NCBI GenBank assembly: GCA_034530875.2
Contig: JAVRCJ020000015.1
Coordinates: forward strand, 1-48,644
Reading direction: 5' to 3'
From: Nostoc sp. DedSLP01
GTDB lineage: Bacteria; Cyanobacteriota; Cyanobacteriia; Cyanobacteriales; Nostocaceae
Length of the DNA: 48,644 nt
In this document: piece by piece, positions 11,274 through 20,767 of the stretch
Layout of the letters: each line of letters starts with the position of its first letter
Position numbering within the stretch: position 1 is the stretch's first letter
Notes under the pieces: model-generated
The model's input: the letters and a program-made list of their open reading frames with translations, nothing else
What the model was told of the DNA's origin: nothing
Databases searched by the model: none
Translations under genes and position numbers: made by a program

Positions 11274-13721
11274 CTAATCCAATCCCCATTCTAATTTCAA
11301 AGTTTCCAATTTAGGATTCTTTACACTCATTCTCTTACACTCATCTAAAAATTCTTTCACTTGTTCTTCATTGAGGCTTAACCCTCCATCTTGCAAATTA
11401 TGGATATAAGTAATTACGTCTGAAGTTGTTAAAGCCGAACTTATTTCTTCCAAAATAATTGCATTTCTTACTTCGCGGCAAACTAACTCAATATCAGATG
11501 AAGTAAATCTAGTACTTTTGTCAGCTAATATTTCAAAATTAACTAGCTGATTCATATCAATTTGTGACAAATAGTGTTTAAATAAATCTATTCTTTCTAC
11601 TCTGTCGGGTGGAAAAATAGGAATCTTCCAGTCCAATCTACCAGAACGTTTTAAAGCACTATCAATCCCACTCAAATAGTTAGTGGCAGCAATGACAATT
11701 ACATCACTATTTTGGAGATTATTTAATTCTATAAGTAATTGATTGATTGTTGCCTTTTGGTCTGTGTGTGCGTTATCTTCATTACGATTAAATCCAATAC
11801 TGTCTAACTCATCAATAAATAACAGAGAAGGAGCTTTCTTCTTAGCCTGAGCAAAGATATCTCGGATATTTTTTTGACTTTGACCAATCCAAACACTGAC
11901 AATATCAGCAGGAGAAAACTTAAAGAAATATCTACCAGATTCATTAGCAAAGGCATTTGCTAGTAGAGTTTTACCGCATCCTGGTAAACCATAGAAGAGA
12001 ATTCCGCCAATTGAGCCTTTGTATCCTTTAGATTGCAGCTTTAGAAGTTTAGTTAATTTTTCTTTTTCTTCATTTAGTCCTTTAACTTGACTAAAGTCAA
12101 GCTTCGATTCTTTAATGCGATTACTAATTGGATATGCTGGTACTAAACTAGGCTTTTTAGCAGTATATTCAAAAGATGGATAGTCTATATAATCAAATGA
12201 TACTGGCACTAATTGATGATTTTCATAATCAGGAGCCATGATTATAACTTGGAAGCGATCGCCATAATATTCACACAGCTTATATTCTAAAATTTCCTTC
12301 GCTTTTTTTAACTGATAATAGTTGCGTGCTATCTCAAAACCAGGAATTACCAACCAAAGGCTTTCCAGCTTATTCGGCCAAACTTTTGATTTTCTCAAAA
12401 CTCTTTTAATTGGATCTAAGAAAAGATTATTATCTTGAAATTCATTGTATTTGAGAGTTTCGATTTCAACCACTACCTGATTTTTAACATAAACTTGTAT
12501 GGTTTCGCTTTGGTATTCTTCTTCATCATCAGATGTATCTTCATCTATTGTTTCCTCATCTCTGGAAGTCAATTCCACTTCACAGCCAATCTGAGATAAA
12601 TCATATCCTAGACTTTCTAAAGTTTTAATCGCAAAATACTTGAGATAGATATATTCTTTACTTTCATACTGCCACTTAAGAGTATAAAAATGCTCAGCTT
12701 TCATCTTCAGTAATAACTGCGATTCGGCTTGTATTTGAGCTTTTTGTAATTCTAGAAAGTAATCTACTAAAGATGCATCATCTTCCTCTATTTGATAATA
12801 TGGCAGTTCCAAGAGTAGGCGGAAATGGGCATATACTTCTTCTTTATATTCAACAGAGGCTTCATTTGGGTATTTACACCTGAGAGTAAAAGTAAAAGGA
12901 ATTTTCCGGGCAACTCTATCTACCAAGTATCCCAAAGCGTCTTCTTGTTGATGCGCTTGAATTTCTAATATTGATGGACAATGAAATAAAATAAAGAATT
13001 GCTCAGAATTATATTTATTAGCGTATAAAGATATCTGTTCAAATTGCTGGTCAAATTTTTCTGAATCAAGTAATTCTAAACCAGTATTTCCGAGGATGAT
13101 GCTGGTCATAGTTGACCTAGAAAATTGAAAAATATTAGCATCAGTTATAGAATTTTCTTTATCTTCTTCACAGTCGTCATCTGAGGGAAGACTAGTCTGA
13201 ATTTTTTTATGAGCAGTTGTTGGGATACTATTACTACCTCCATATTGATATTTTCTAATTAATTCATAATTAAAGATTTTGACAACGATATCACAAAAGA
13301 AATCATCTACTTGGGGAAGCAAAAAAATACCTACTGGCTGGTCAGAATCTAAACAAGCTTGGAATCTTTCGTATTCTTGTTCTGAACCAAAATCGAATAA
13401 GTAATAGAAAAAATCGTGTTTTACTGAAATATTATTTCTTAACTTGACTGAAATTGATTGAGAATCAACTACTTGGTTTTTCGGCTCTACACCTTTAATT
13501 GAAATAGCTATTTTTGTATCTAACGGAATGTGCAAATCTAATTCTGGATTTGCACAAAGCCCTAGTTGAGTAAGAGCAGTATTAAAATCATTTACGAATG
13601 ATTGACTTCTACGCTGGTAGCCAAACTGTTCTATGATATTTTTGACTCGGAGGCTTTTTTTGGTTTTCCCAGTTCTTTGGAGTTCATTTTTAATCGAACG
13701 TAAGTAGGCTGTATATGTCAT
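11274..13721 (-). CDS. AAA+ ATPase (CDC48/FtsH-like module) with a ~540-aa N-terminal region including a possible PD-(D/E)xK-like domain
   Basis: Walker A GLPGCGKT, Walker B LLFIDELD, SRH ATNYLSGIDSALKRSGRLD; ATG at 13721 has AGGAC upstream (ORF open to 13763). Confidence 0.85.
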   Translation of the reverse strand: MTYTAYLRSIKNELQRTGKTKKSLRVKNIIEQFGYQRRSQSFVNDFNTALTQLGLCANPELDLHIPLDTKIAISIKGVEPKNQVVDSQSISVKLRNNISVKHDFFYYLFDFGSEQEYERFQACLDSDQPVGIFLLPQVDDFFCDIVVKIFNYELIRKYQYGGSNSIPTTAHKKIQTSLPSDDDCEEDKENSITDANIFQFSRSTMTSIILGNTGLELLDSEKFDQQFEQISLYANKYNSEQFFILFHCPSILEIQAHQQEDALGYLVDRVARKIPFTFTLRCKYPNEASVEYKEEVYAHFRLLLELPYYQIEEDDASLVDYFLELQKAQIQAESQLLLKMKAEHFYTLKWQYESKEYIYLKYFAIKTLESLGYDLSQIGCEVELTSRDEETIDEDTSDDEEEYQSETIQVYVKNQVVVEIETLKYNEFQDNNLFLDPIKRVLRKSKVWPNKLESLWLVIPGFEIARNYYQLKKAKEILEYKLCEYYGDRFQVIIMAPDYENHQLVPVSFDYIDYPSFEYTAKKPSLVPAYPISNRIKESKLDFSQVKGLNEEKEKLTKLLKLQSKGYKGSIGGILFYGLPGCGKTLLANAFANESGRYFFKFSPADIVSVWIGQSQKNIRDIFAQAKKKAPSLLFIDELDSIGFNRNEDNAHTDQKATINQLLIELNNLQNSDVIVIAATNYLSGIDSALKRSGRLDWKIPIFPPDRVERIDLFKHYLSQIDMNQLVNFEILADKSTRFTSSDIELVCREVRNAIILEEISSALTTSDVITYIHNLQDGGLSLNEEQVKEFLDECKRMSVKNPKLETLKLEWGLD

Positions 13722-14070
13722 TTTGTGTCCTATTGCTTGAGTAGGGTTAATTAGCATCCCCAAGAAAACTAAATATATAGTTCCCTAACTTACATATCCA
13801 GCTAACTCAAGCAAGCGATATTGCCTGGCAAATCTAAGTCTACGCTTTCCAAATATAAAGACTCATTTGATGAAGCTAAATATTCTTTACAGCAGTATGA
13901 AAAATAATTTTGCACAACTCATCGCTACAGCCTGGTTAGTGCGGAATTAAAGGGAGGCTTATTAGTGTTTGAAATCAACAGGTGACGGGCAAATTCCAGG
14001 TGGAAGATTAAAGAAGATTGGCCAAACAGGGCATGGGGCATTGGGCATTTGGCATTTGTCAAACTTCAAA

Positions 14071-14301
14071 TTCCAAGCTCAGATATTTATTGCCAAAGTT
14101 CAGAGGTTCATGGCCAAACCTCAGATATTCATCGCCAAACCTCAGATATTCATCGCCAAACCTCAGATATTCATCGCCAAACCTCAGATATTCATCGACA
14201 AAGTTCAGAGGTTCATCGCCAAACCTCAGATATTCATCGACAAAGCTCAGAGGTTCATCGCCCAACCTCAGATATTCATCGACGAAGCTCAGAGGTTCAA
14301 A
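14071..14301. repeat. Tandem array of 11 x 21-bp units, two variants
   Basis: A=GCCAAACCTCAGATATTCATC, B=GACAAAGYTCAGAGGTTCATC; order a,B,A,A,A,A,B,A,B,A,B; bracketed by inverted GGGCATT/AATGCCC STRRs. Confidence 0.95.
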
Positions 14302-14506
14302 TTTCACTATCAAAAGCTCAAGAATCATTAACTTCTTTAATTCAATTAACTAACTCTCTCTACTGCTCCCTGCCCCCCATACCCTATGCTCAATGCCCAA
14401 TGCCCCATGCCCCATCCCCCAAACCGTATTTTGGGCGACAAATTGCACTCTTAACGTGATATTGGTATTACAGCGACTCAATCTCTATCATCAGTTAACA
14501 AACATT

Positions 14507-14704
14507 ATGGGTTTTGCAAACCTATCGATCGCAGAGATAGCAGCCGACTACAGCACTCCTGTAGAAAAATTGTTTTCTCTCGACAACCAACTCTTAATTG
14601 CCGACAAACACCAAAAGAGCCGTTTGGCGTTAGAGGATGCAAAGGCAATTATTTTCCGAATATATTCTGAAATACGCCTAAAAAGTTGGCGAGTCGGTGG
14701 GTGA
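14507..14704 (+). CDS. Small conserved cyanobacterial protein (IF-2 N-terminal-like) upstream of psbV
   Basis: MGFANLSIAEIAADY...RLALEDAKAII; ATG at 14507, while the upstream ORF extension is STRR-derived. Confidence 0.75.
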   Translation: MGFANLSIAEIAADYSTPVEKLFSLDNQLLIADKHQKSRLALEDAKAIIFRIYSEIRLKSWRVGG

Positions 14705-14801
14705 TACCGAAGTCACCTTAAGGGTTATCTCAGGCTTTGGATATAGAGATTGAGCGTAGTTTTATTAGCTGTGTTGAGCGTCAAAATCTTTAAGGGGAAA
14801 C

Positions 14802-15293
14802 ATGTTTAGAAGACTAATTGGCGTTGTTGTGGCTACTGTTATACTCACATTTGGGTTGATTGCTGGTAGCGCGACAGCAGTGGAACTGGACAAAGCTACC
14901 CGGACAGTGCCATTAAACGATAAGGGTGACACCATTGTACTTAGCCTCAAACAAGTCAAAGAAGGTAAACGGTTATTTGCTTACGCTTGCGCTCAATGTC
15001 ATGTTGGCGGCGTTACCAAGACTAACCAGAACGTGGGACTTGAACCAGAAGCTCTGGCATTGGCAACACCAAATCGTAATAACATTGAAGGCTTAGTGGA
15101 TTACATGAAAAATCCCACTACTTACGATGGGGTAGAGGAAATTTCCGAATTACATCCCAGCACTAAGAGCGCGGATATTTTCACAGAAATGCGAAATCTG
15201 ACCGATGATGATTTAGTAGCGATCGCTGGCCATATTCTCCTACAACCTAAGGTTGTTGGTGATAAGTGGGGAGGCGGCAAAATCTATTACTAA
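14802..15293 (+). CDS. psbV: Cytochrome c550
   Basis: Signal peptide, CAQCH, YMKNPTTYDG, HPSTKSADIF, KWGGGKIYY. Confidence 0.98.
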   Translation: MFRRLIGVVVATVILTFGLIAGSATAVELDKATRTVPLNDKGDTIVLSLKQVKEGKRLFAYACAQCHVGGVTKTNQNVGLEPEALALATPNRNNIEGLVDYMKNPTTYDGVEEISELHPSTKSADIFTEMRNLTDDDLVAIAGHILLQPKVVGDKWGGGKIYY

Positions 15294-15520
15294 ATCCCTG
15301 TATAAGCACTTAAGCTGAGCCTTTGGGATTGAGTATTGGGCATAGGGAAGCAGACGGGCAGAGGGGCAAAAGAGAAAGACTGGCAGCAACTTCTCCTCTG
15401 CTCCTTTACTCCCTAGTTCCCAGTCCTCAGTCCCCTGTTTTTTTTCTAAAAAATATCAAAATCTCCCTTTATAACATTTATCTTCATTCACAAACTTTTT
15501 AGGATATTTGCACGGCTTTT

Positions 15521-15572
15521 TGTTATAATTTCGTGCCCATTATTAAAAAAAATCTATCTACGACATATTGTC
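15521..15572 (+). promoter_or_regulatory. petE promoter: extended -10 and GAC-N5-GTC palindrome (candidate PetR operator)
   Basis: TGTTATAAT at 15521-15529; GACATATTGTC at 15562-15572. Confidence 0.55.
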
Positions 15573-15635
15573 ATATTTGGCGTTGATTTTATTTAAAATG
15601 AGAAAGGAAAAAAAATGTTTGTTTAGGAGAGAGCC

Positions 15636-16052
15636 ATGAAATTGATTTCAGCAAGCTGGCGACGCCTTAGTTTAGCTGTGTTAACAATCCTTTTAGTTGT
15701 TAGCAGCTTCGCTGTTTTTACTCCCAGCGCTGCGGCTGAAACATACCAAGTGAAACTTGGTACCGATAAAGGAATGCTGGCATTTGAACCCAAAAAGTTG
15801 ACAATTAAACCAGGCGACACAATTGAATGGGTGAACAATAAAGTTCCTCCCCATAATGTTGTGTTCGATCCTGCCAAAAACCCAGGTGGAGACAAGTCCT
15901 TAGCAGCATCTCTGTCTCATAAGAAACAGTTGATGAGTCCCGGTCAAAAAGTAACAACCACTTTCCCCGCAGACGCACCTGTTGGTGATTACACCTTCTA
16001 TTGCGAACCTCACCGTGGTGCTGGAATGGTTGGTACAATCACTGTCCAATAG
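15636..16052 (+). CDS. petE: Plastocyanin
   Basis: Signal peptide; PPHNVVF and YCEPHRGAGMVG copper ligands; AGGAG RBS. Confidence 0.98.
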   Translation: MKLISASWRRLSLAVLTILLVVSSFAVFTPSAAAETYQVKLGTDKGMLAFEPKKLTIKPGDTIEWVNNKVPPHNVVFDPAKNPGGDKSLAASLSHKKQLMSPGQKVTTTFPADAPVGDYTFYCEPHRGAGMVGTITVQ

Positions 16053-16157
16053 CTAAAAACATCGTCGTTGGCAACTAGATGATTTTTTCAGCTTTTCTCA
16101 GTGAAATTAGCTAATAAGCAACACGCCACACTCTCAGAGTGACCACACAAAGGATAA

Positions 16158-16233
16158 TGGCGGTAACGAGTCATCTGCCCACTTAAGGTGCTAAGTACCC
16201 TGTGGCAATGGAGGGTTGAACTCGTTACCGCCA
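16158..16233. other. Long stem-loop between petE and the cytochrome c6-like gene
   Basis: Perfect 14-bp IR TGGCGGTAACGAGT/ACTCGTTACCGCCA with additional internal pairing. Confidence 0.7.
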
Positions 16234-16310
16234 ATTTAGATCGAATTTAACTTAATGAGTTGGTAATCGCGTTTATACTCTTCCTGGAGGCTTGTTGCGA
16301 GGAAATTCTC

Positions 16311-16655
16311 TTGAGAATACTTCTATCAGTTTTGCTTTTAGCGATCGCTCTATTCAAATTAACATTCATTCACCCAGCACTAGCTGCCGAAATATCCAAC
16401 GGTGCTAAAATTTTCGAGGCTAACTGCGCTTCTTGCCATATCGGTGGCGGTAACATCCTAATTAGCGAGAAAACCTTGAAAAAAGAAGCATTATCAAAGT
16501 ACCTACAAGATTACAATACAGACTCAATTCAAGCAATTATTCACCAAGTACAAAATGGCAAAAATGCCATGCCTGCCTTTAAAGACAAGTTAAGTCCTCA
16601 AGATATTCTAGAGGTAGCCGCTTACGTTTTTCAGAATGCAGAGCAAGGCTGGTAA
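16311..16655 (+). CDS. Cytochrome c6-like protein (PetJ paralog)
   Basis: [22 protein letters not shown], ends QGW; start uncertain (TTG at 16311 or 16260). Confidence 0.9.
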   Translation: MRILLSVLLLAIALFKLTFIHPALAAEISNGAKIFEANCASCHIGGGNILISEKTLKKEALSKYLQDYNTDSIQAIIHQVQNGKNAMPAFKDKLSPQDILEVAAYVFQNAEQGW

Positions 16656-16679
16656 AGCAACTAAAAGTTTACTACTTTG

Positions 16680-16733
16680 GACAATAAGTGCTAGATTTCT
16701 GACTGAAGTTGCTCAAATCTAGCACTTATTGTC
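16680..16733. terminator. 19-bp perfect inverted repeat, probable terminator between convergent genes
   Basis: GACAATAAGTGCTAGATTT ... AAATCTAGCACTTATTGTC. Confidence 0.7.
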
Positions 16734-16800
16734 TATTTGTACCTTTCAACCCAAAGCTCAATTTACTATTTCTCTCATTATCCAAAATCATCCAACAAGT

Positions 16801-16905
16801 TATACCAATTTCAAAAAAGAATGCGACAAATAGACCATCTGTAGAGACGCAATGAATCGCGTCTTCACCCAAGATGTGTTGCGATCGCTAATTGATTTGG
16901 TATTA
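16801..16905. mobile_element. MITE-like element with internal GTAG-type hairpin
   Basis: Ends ATACCAA.../...TTGGTAT; internal GTAGAGACGCAATGAATCGCGTCT. Confidence 0.6.
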
Positions 16906-17002
16906 AAAGTAAAAAGTAAAAAGGCAAAATAAATAATAAAAAGGGTGCTTAACTACCTCTATTTATTTAGAAATTTTCTTTTTACTTTTTACTAGCAAGA
17001 AA

Positions 17003-18655
17003 CTATTCTTCTGGATTAGTATTTTGTGCGTTTTCCTTCAATTGACGCAAATTTTGTAGTAAATCTTGCTTCGATTTAGAAGTTGGTGTCGATTGATTTT
17101 GATTGATTGTTGGTACTAACAAAGGTTGAGAAGTACTAGCTGCTGGTGCAGGCGCAATTTGATTATTTTTGATTTTGACATCAGATGATGGTTTAGAAGT
17201 AGCAGCTGGTAAGGGTTGGGATTGATTACTATTGGCTCTTGGTATCACTAATGGTTTGAGAGTATTTGCAGGCGAGGATGCAGGCTTATTATTCTGAATT
17301 GGTAGCTGCGATGATGGTTTTGCAGTACCTGTCGGTGATTTGCTATTTACTCCTGGGACAATCAAAGGCTTGAGAGTACTTGCAGGTGAGAAGGCAGGCT
17401 GGTTATTTCTGATTGGCGTTTCTAATAATGGTTTAGAAGTAGGTTGTGCCGATGGTGCCAGCTGATTCCCATTTACTGCTGGTGTTAATGATGGGAAGGG
17501 TTTTCGATCTTCACTAGCTCCAGTTGTACTGCTAGTGCCATTTTGGAAAACTAAATTAAATGGATAAGAACTGAGCTTTTTATCTCCCTTAGGCAATTCT
17601 TTGCTAAAGTATTCCCTTGCTTTTGTTCGCAATTCAGGGGAGAGTGACTTGTCTTGGAACTTAATATCTAACACCTTGCCATCAGGATCTACTATTAATA
17701 CACCCAAAACAGCGCCTTCCAAATTCGGCTTATCTGTAGCTACTATCTGCCTAATTACTGGTTTTTGTTCGGCATTGGGATATTCTCGTTGCACTTGTTT
17801 TCTCAGCGCATCGTAAGAATCCAACTGTGCGATTGTCTGTTGAGTTCCTTTAGGAGATAAATCGCTGGCTGGGATGGTAGCTCCCCTAGTTCCGATTAAA
17901 GTATTGCTATCTCCTCGACCTTGTTTTAGAGAGTTGACGAGGGAGTTTTGAGCAATTTGATTAGACGCATCATTACTCGGTTGCGTCATTGGCGAAATTG
18001 GATTTGCCTGTGCTGTTGTGATGGGGGGAGCATCAGGAAGGTTCTGAGATTGGGCATTTTGCAGAATGTCATTAGGTATGTTCTGCGCCTGCAACTGTGG
18101 CAACCTATTTACAGGTAGCGGTTCGGGTGCCTCGAATTTGCGATCGCTCTCATTTAAACGAGGAGCTGATGACGTGAATTTCGGTCTGTTATTAAATTTA
18201 GAACTGTCAATTTTAGAAGCATCAAACCCCAAATTATAATTTGGAATCATCCGCAAAGACTGTCTTGTTGGTATTGAGGAGACCCGATAGCTATTTGATG
18301 ATGGCGGTAGAGGAGGCAGTACTAGCTGACTCGATGGCGGTGGTGCCAAGGGAGATAATGCACTTTGAGCGTTAAAATTCGGAGCAGAAAGTGGCGCTAT
18401 TGGAGGTAATTGTTGTATACCAATTTGGGGCTGCGGCTGGGTGCTTTGCGGCAAACGGCTTTGGTCGACTTGGCTCAATTCCATAAGTCCGACCGTTTTT
18501 GATGATGCTGTTTCATTGGGCTTGCTGGAGTCTATGGGCATCAACGGTACAATCATGGCGATCGCACCGTGAATGCCAACAGATGCAAGAGCTGCTATCC
18601 CAATTGGTTGGGTAAGAATTTCTGGTATGGTTTTCAGCAGGGAGACGTAAGACAT
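17003..18655 (-). CDS. Pro/Ser/Gln-rich membrane-anchored protein, possible TonB-C-like domain
   Basis: N-terminal anchor ALASVGIHG, Pro-rich linker, compact segment LIVDPDGKVLDIKF..SYPFNLVF, repetitive tail. Confidence 0.65.
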   Translation of the reverse strand: MSYVSLLKTIPEILTQPIGIAALASVGIHGAIAMIVPLMPIDSSKPNETASSKTVGLMELSQVDQSRLPQSTQPQPQIGIQQLPPIAPLSAPNFNAQSALSPLAPPPSSQLVLPPLPPSSNSYRVSSIPTRQSLRMIPNYNLGFDASKIDSSKFNNRPKFTSSAPRLNESDRKFEAPEPLPVNRLPQLQAQNIPNDILQNAQSQNLPDAPPITTAQANPISPMTQPSNDASNQIAQNSLVNSLKQGRGDSNTLIGTRGATIPASDLSPKGTQQTIAQLDSYDALRKQVQREYPNAEQKPVIRQIVATDKPNLEGAVLGVLIVDPDGKVLDIKFQDKSLSPELRTKAREYFSKELPKGDKKLSSYPFNLVFQNGTSSTTGASEDRKPFPSLTPAVNGNQLAPSAQPTSKPLLETPIRNNQPAFSPASTLKPLIVPGVNSKSPTGTAKPSSQLPIQNNKPASSPANTLKPLVIPRANSNQSQPLPAATSKPSSDVKIKNNQIAPAPAASTSQPLLVPTINQNQSTPTSKSKQDLLQNLRQLKENAQNTNPEE

Positions 18656-19264
18656 GGCTGTTATCGTTCACTCGGCTCAGTTGCAGTTGACTAACAATTT
18701 TTCCTTTCACACTATCTTGCAAGAGGTGCGTCCCTCTAAGGCAATAATAGCTTCATAGACTGGGAATACAAACGCTAAGGTTCTCATTTCCTCAAGTTTT
18801 TTATTTTTTAATGATGCTGTATCATGTCTTCAAGTTTCGCTTGTTAAATTGGATCGATTAGTATCTTTGTTTTGTATTGCGATCGAGGATGCAATTCAAA
18901 GTAATATTTTAGATATTTATAAAGTTTCAATATCCTAACTAAGTCAGACTAGATCGCTGCATTTGCTCAGGTTGCCCTATTTTTCTAGTGTTTTTCAGTC
19001 AACCAAGCTTCCGTAACAAATGGCACACCCGGTAGTTATCGACTAAGACCTTTATAAAAATCCTACCACATCATCTGACGACAAACTGTTGTTAATTGTA
19101 CCATTTTCTTGACATCCTAGCTGTAAAACCCATCTATAGATATTTAGGTTTCGTTCTCAAAAGTGAGTATGCAGACAATGGTAATTTCAGCTTCTAACTA
19201 CTGACTAAATTGATTGATTAAAAAATTTTTAACTTTCAATACTTATAGCTAAAGAAAATTTCAA

Positions 19265-19960
19265 ATGCCGTTACCGACAGTAATTGTCCCTGGATATCTA
19301 GAAAGCGCGATCGCTTACCGCCAACTGGAGCAACTTTTACAACAGTTAGGTTTTCCGACTGTCACAGTACCGCTACGACGACGCGATTGGCTGCCAACTA
19401 TTGGAGGAAGATCTGTAACGCCGATTTTGCAACAACTCCATACCACAGTCCAGCAGATATTACAGCAACATAACGCTACTCAAATTAACTTGATTGCTCA
19501 CTCAGCTGGTGGTTGGATATCCCGCATTTACATGGGAGAAAAACCCTATTTTGCACGGGGCGACCTCAAACCATCCCTCTGGCAAGCGCACCCCTTGGTT
19601 GCTACTTTCATTACCTTGGGTACGCCGCACATTAGCCAAGAACGTTGGACGCGCTCAAATCTGGATTTTGTCACCAACAACTATCCTGGAGCTTTTTACA
19701 AAAACGTTCGTTACGTTTGTGTAGCGGGCAAAACTATCTTCGGTCAAAGGCGGCGCGGTAGCTGGTTAGCTTACAGTAGTTACCAGTTAACCTGCGGCAA
19801 AGGTAACACTTGGGGAGATGGAATCACGCCCATTGAAGCAGCGCATTTGGAAGGCGCAGAAAATCTGACAATTGAAGGTGTAAACCATTCTCCTAGAAGT
19901 CCTGGAATTTGGTACGGCTCTCCAGAAGCCTTAAAAGCTTGGACACAATATCTGATTTGA
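19265..19960 (+). CDS. Lipase/esterase (PGAP1-like alpha/beta hydrolase)
   Basis: LIAHSAGG, ITLGTPH, GDGITP, GVNHSP. Confidence 0.88.
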   Translation: MPLPTVIVPGYLESAIAYRQLEQLLQQLGFPTVTVPLRRRDWLPTIGGRSVTPILQQLHTTVQQILQQHNATQINLIAHSAGGWISRIYMGEKPYFARGDLKPSLWQAHPLVATFITLGTPHISQERWTRSNLDFVTNNYPGAFYKNVRYVCVAGKTIFGQRRRGSWLAYSSYQLTCGKGNTWGDGITPIEAAHLEGAENLTIEGVNHSPRSPGIWYGSPEALKAWTQYLI

Positions 19961-20060
19961 AAAACTTTATTTTTATATAAGAAAAGCAAAATTTCTTAAA
20001 AATTCTTGGCTAGAATAATAATAAGAATAAATACCTAATTAAGAACAGGAGGGGTGAGTA

Positions 20061-20681
20061 ATGCAAAGCACCCAGTTCGACAGGATTTTACGACGAGTAG
20101 CAACCATATTATCGGTTGTGATTCTGACTCTGTGCTTAATTTACGTTTCAAGCGGAATTTTACTTTCTTTTTATTACGAACCGACAGCAGGCGGTGCTTA
20201 TAACTCGTTAAAGATGATTAATACCCAACTGCCATACGGTTGGTTGTTTTGGAGAGCGCACGAACTTGCTGGTAACGGGCTAATTGGCATTGCCTTAATT
20301 CAAATTGTGGTCATGTTTTTAGGTCGGCAATTTCGCAAGAGTTGGCTGGCTGCTTGGATTAGCGGAATTTTGTTTACCTTGAGTGCGATCGCCCTAGATT
20401 GGACAGCGATGATTCTAGACTGGACTCAGGAAGGATACTGGCGTTTTAACATCGAGCTAGGAACCATCGAAGCAATTCCTTTCATCGGCGGGCAACTGCG
20501 CGACATCCTCACAGGTGGTGGAGCCATTAACACAGTTACTATCGAACACCTTTATACGATACACACCTATCTAATTGCTATGGCGACGTTAATTCTTGCC
20601 TTAGTTCACTTCTCGGCTTTACTGTGGCAAGAACGGCAACTAGTAGAGACGCCATTAATCGCGTCTATACAAGACGATTAA
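20061..20681 (+). CDS. Cytochrome b6-like protein (divergent PetB paralog)
   Basis: FYYEPT..AYNS..I, YGWLF..AH, LDWTQEGYW, EAIPFIGG, HTY..H; AGGAGG RBS. Confidence 0.85.
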   Translation: MQSTQFDRILRRVATILSVVILTLCLIYVSSGILLSFYYEPTAGGAYNSLKMINTQLPYGWLFWRAHELAGNGLIGIALIQIVVMFLGRQFRKSWLAAWISGILFTLSAIALDWTAMILDWTQEGYWRFNIELGTIEAIPFIGGQLRDILTGGGAINTVTIEHLYTIHTYLIAMATLILALVHFSALLWQERQLVETPLIASIQDD

Positions 20682-20767
20682 CCCAAGTCTTTCCAAGACT
20701 TAGGAGTTATTCTCCTTGTCCCCTTCTCTCCCCTGCTCCTCTGCCCCTCTGCTCCCCATCTCCCCAA

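Noticed and set aside
14071..14301. CRISPR array
   Set aside because: Units are contiguous with no unique spacers, and no cas genes are in the window
13969..14459. Four overlapping ORFs across the 21-bp array
   Set aside because: Open frames are explained by a stop-free 21-bp unit plus STRRs; no family motif supports any one of them
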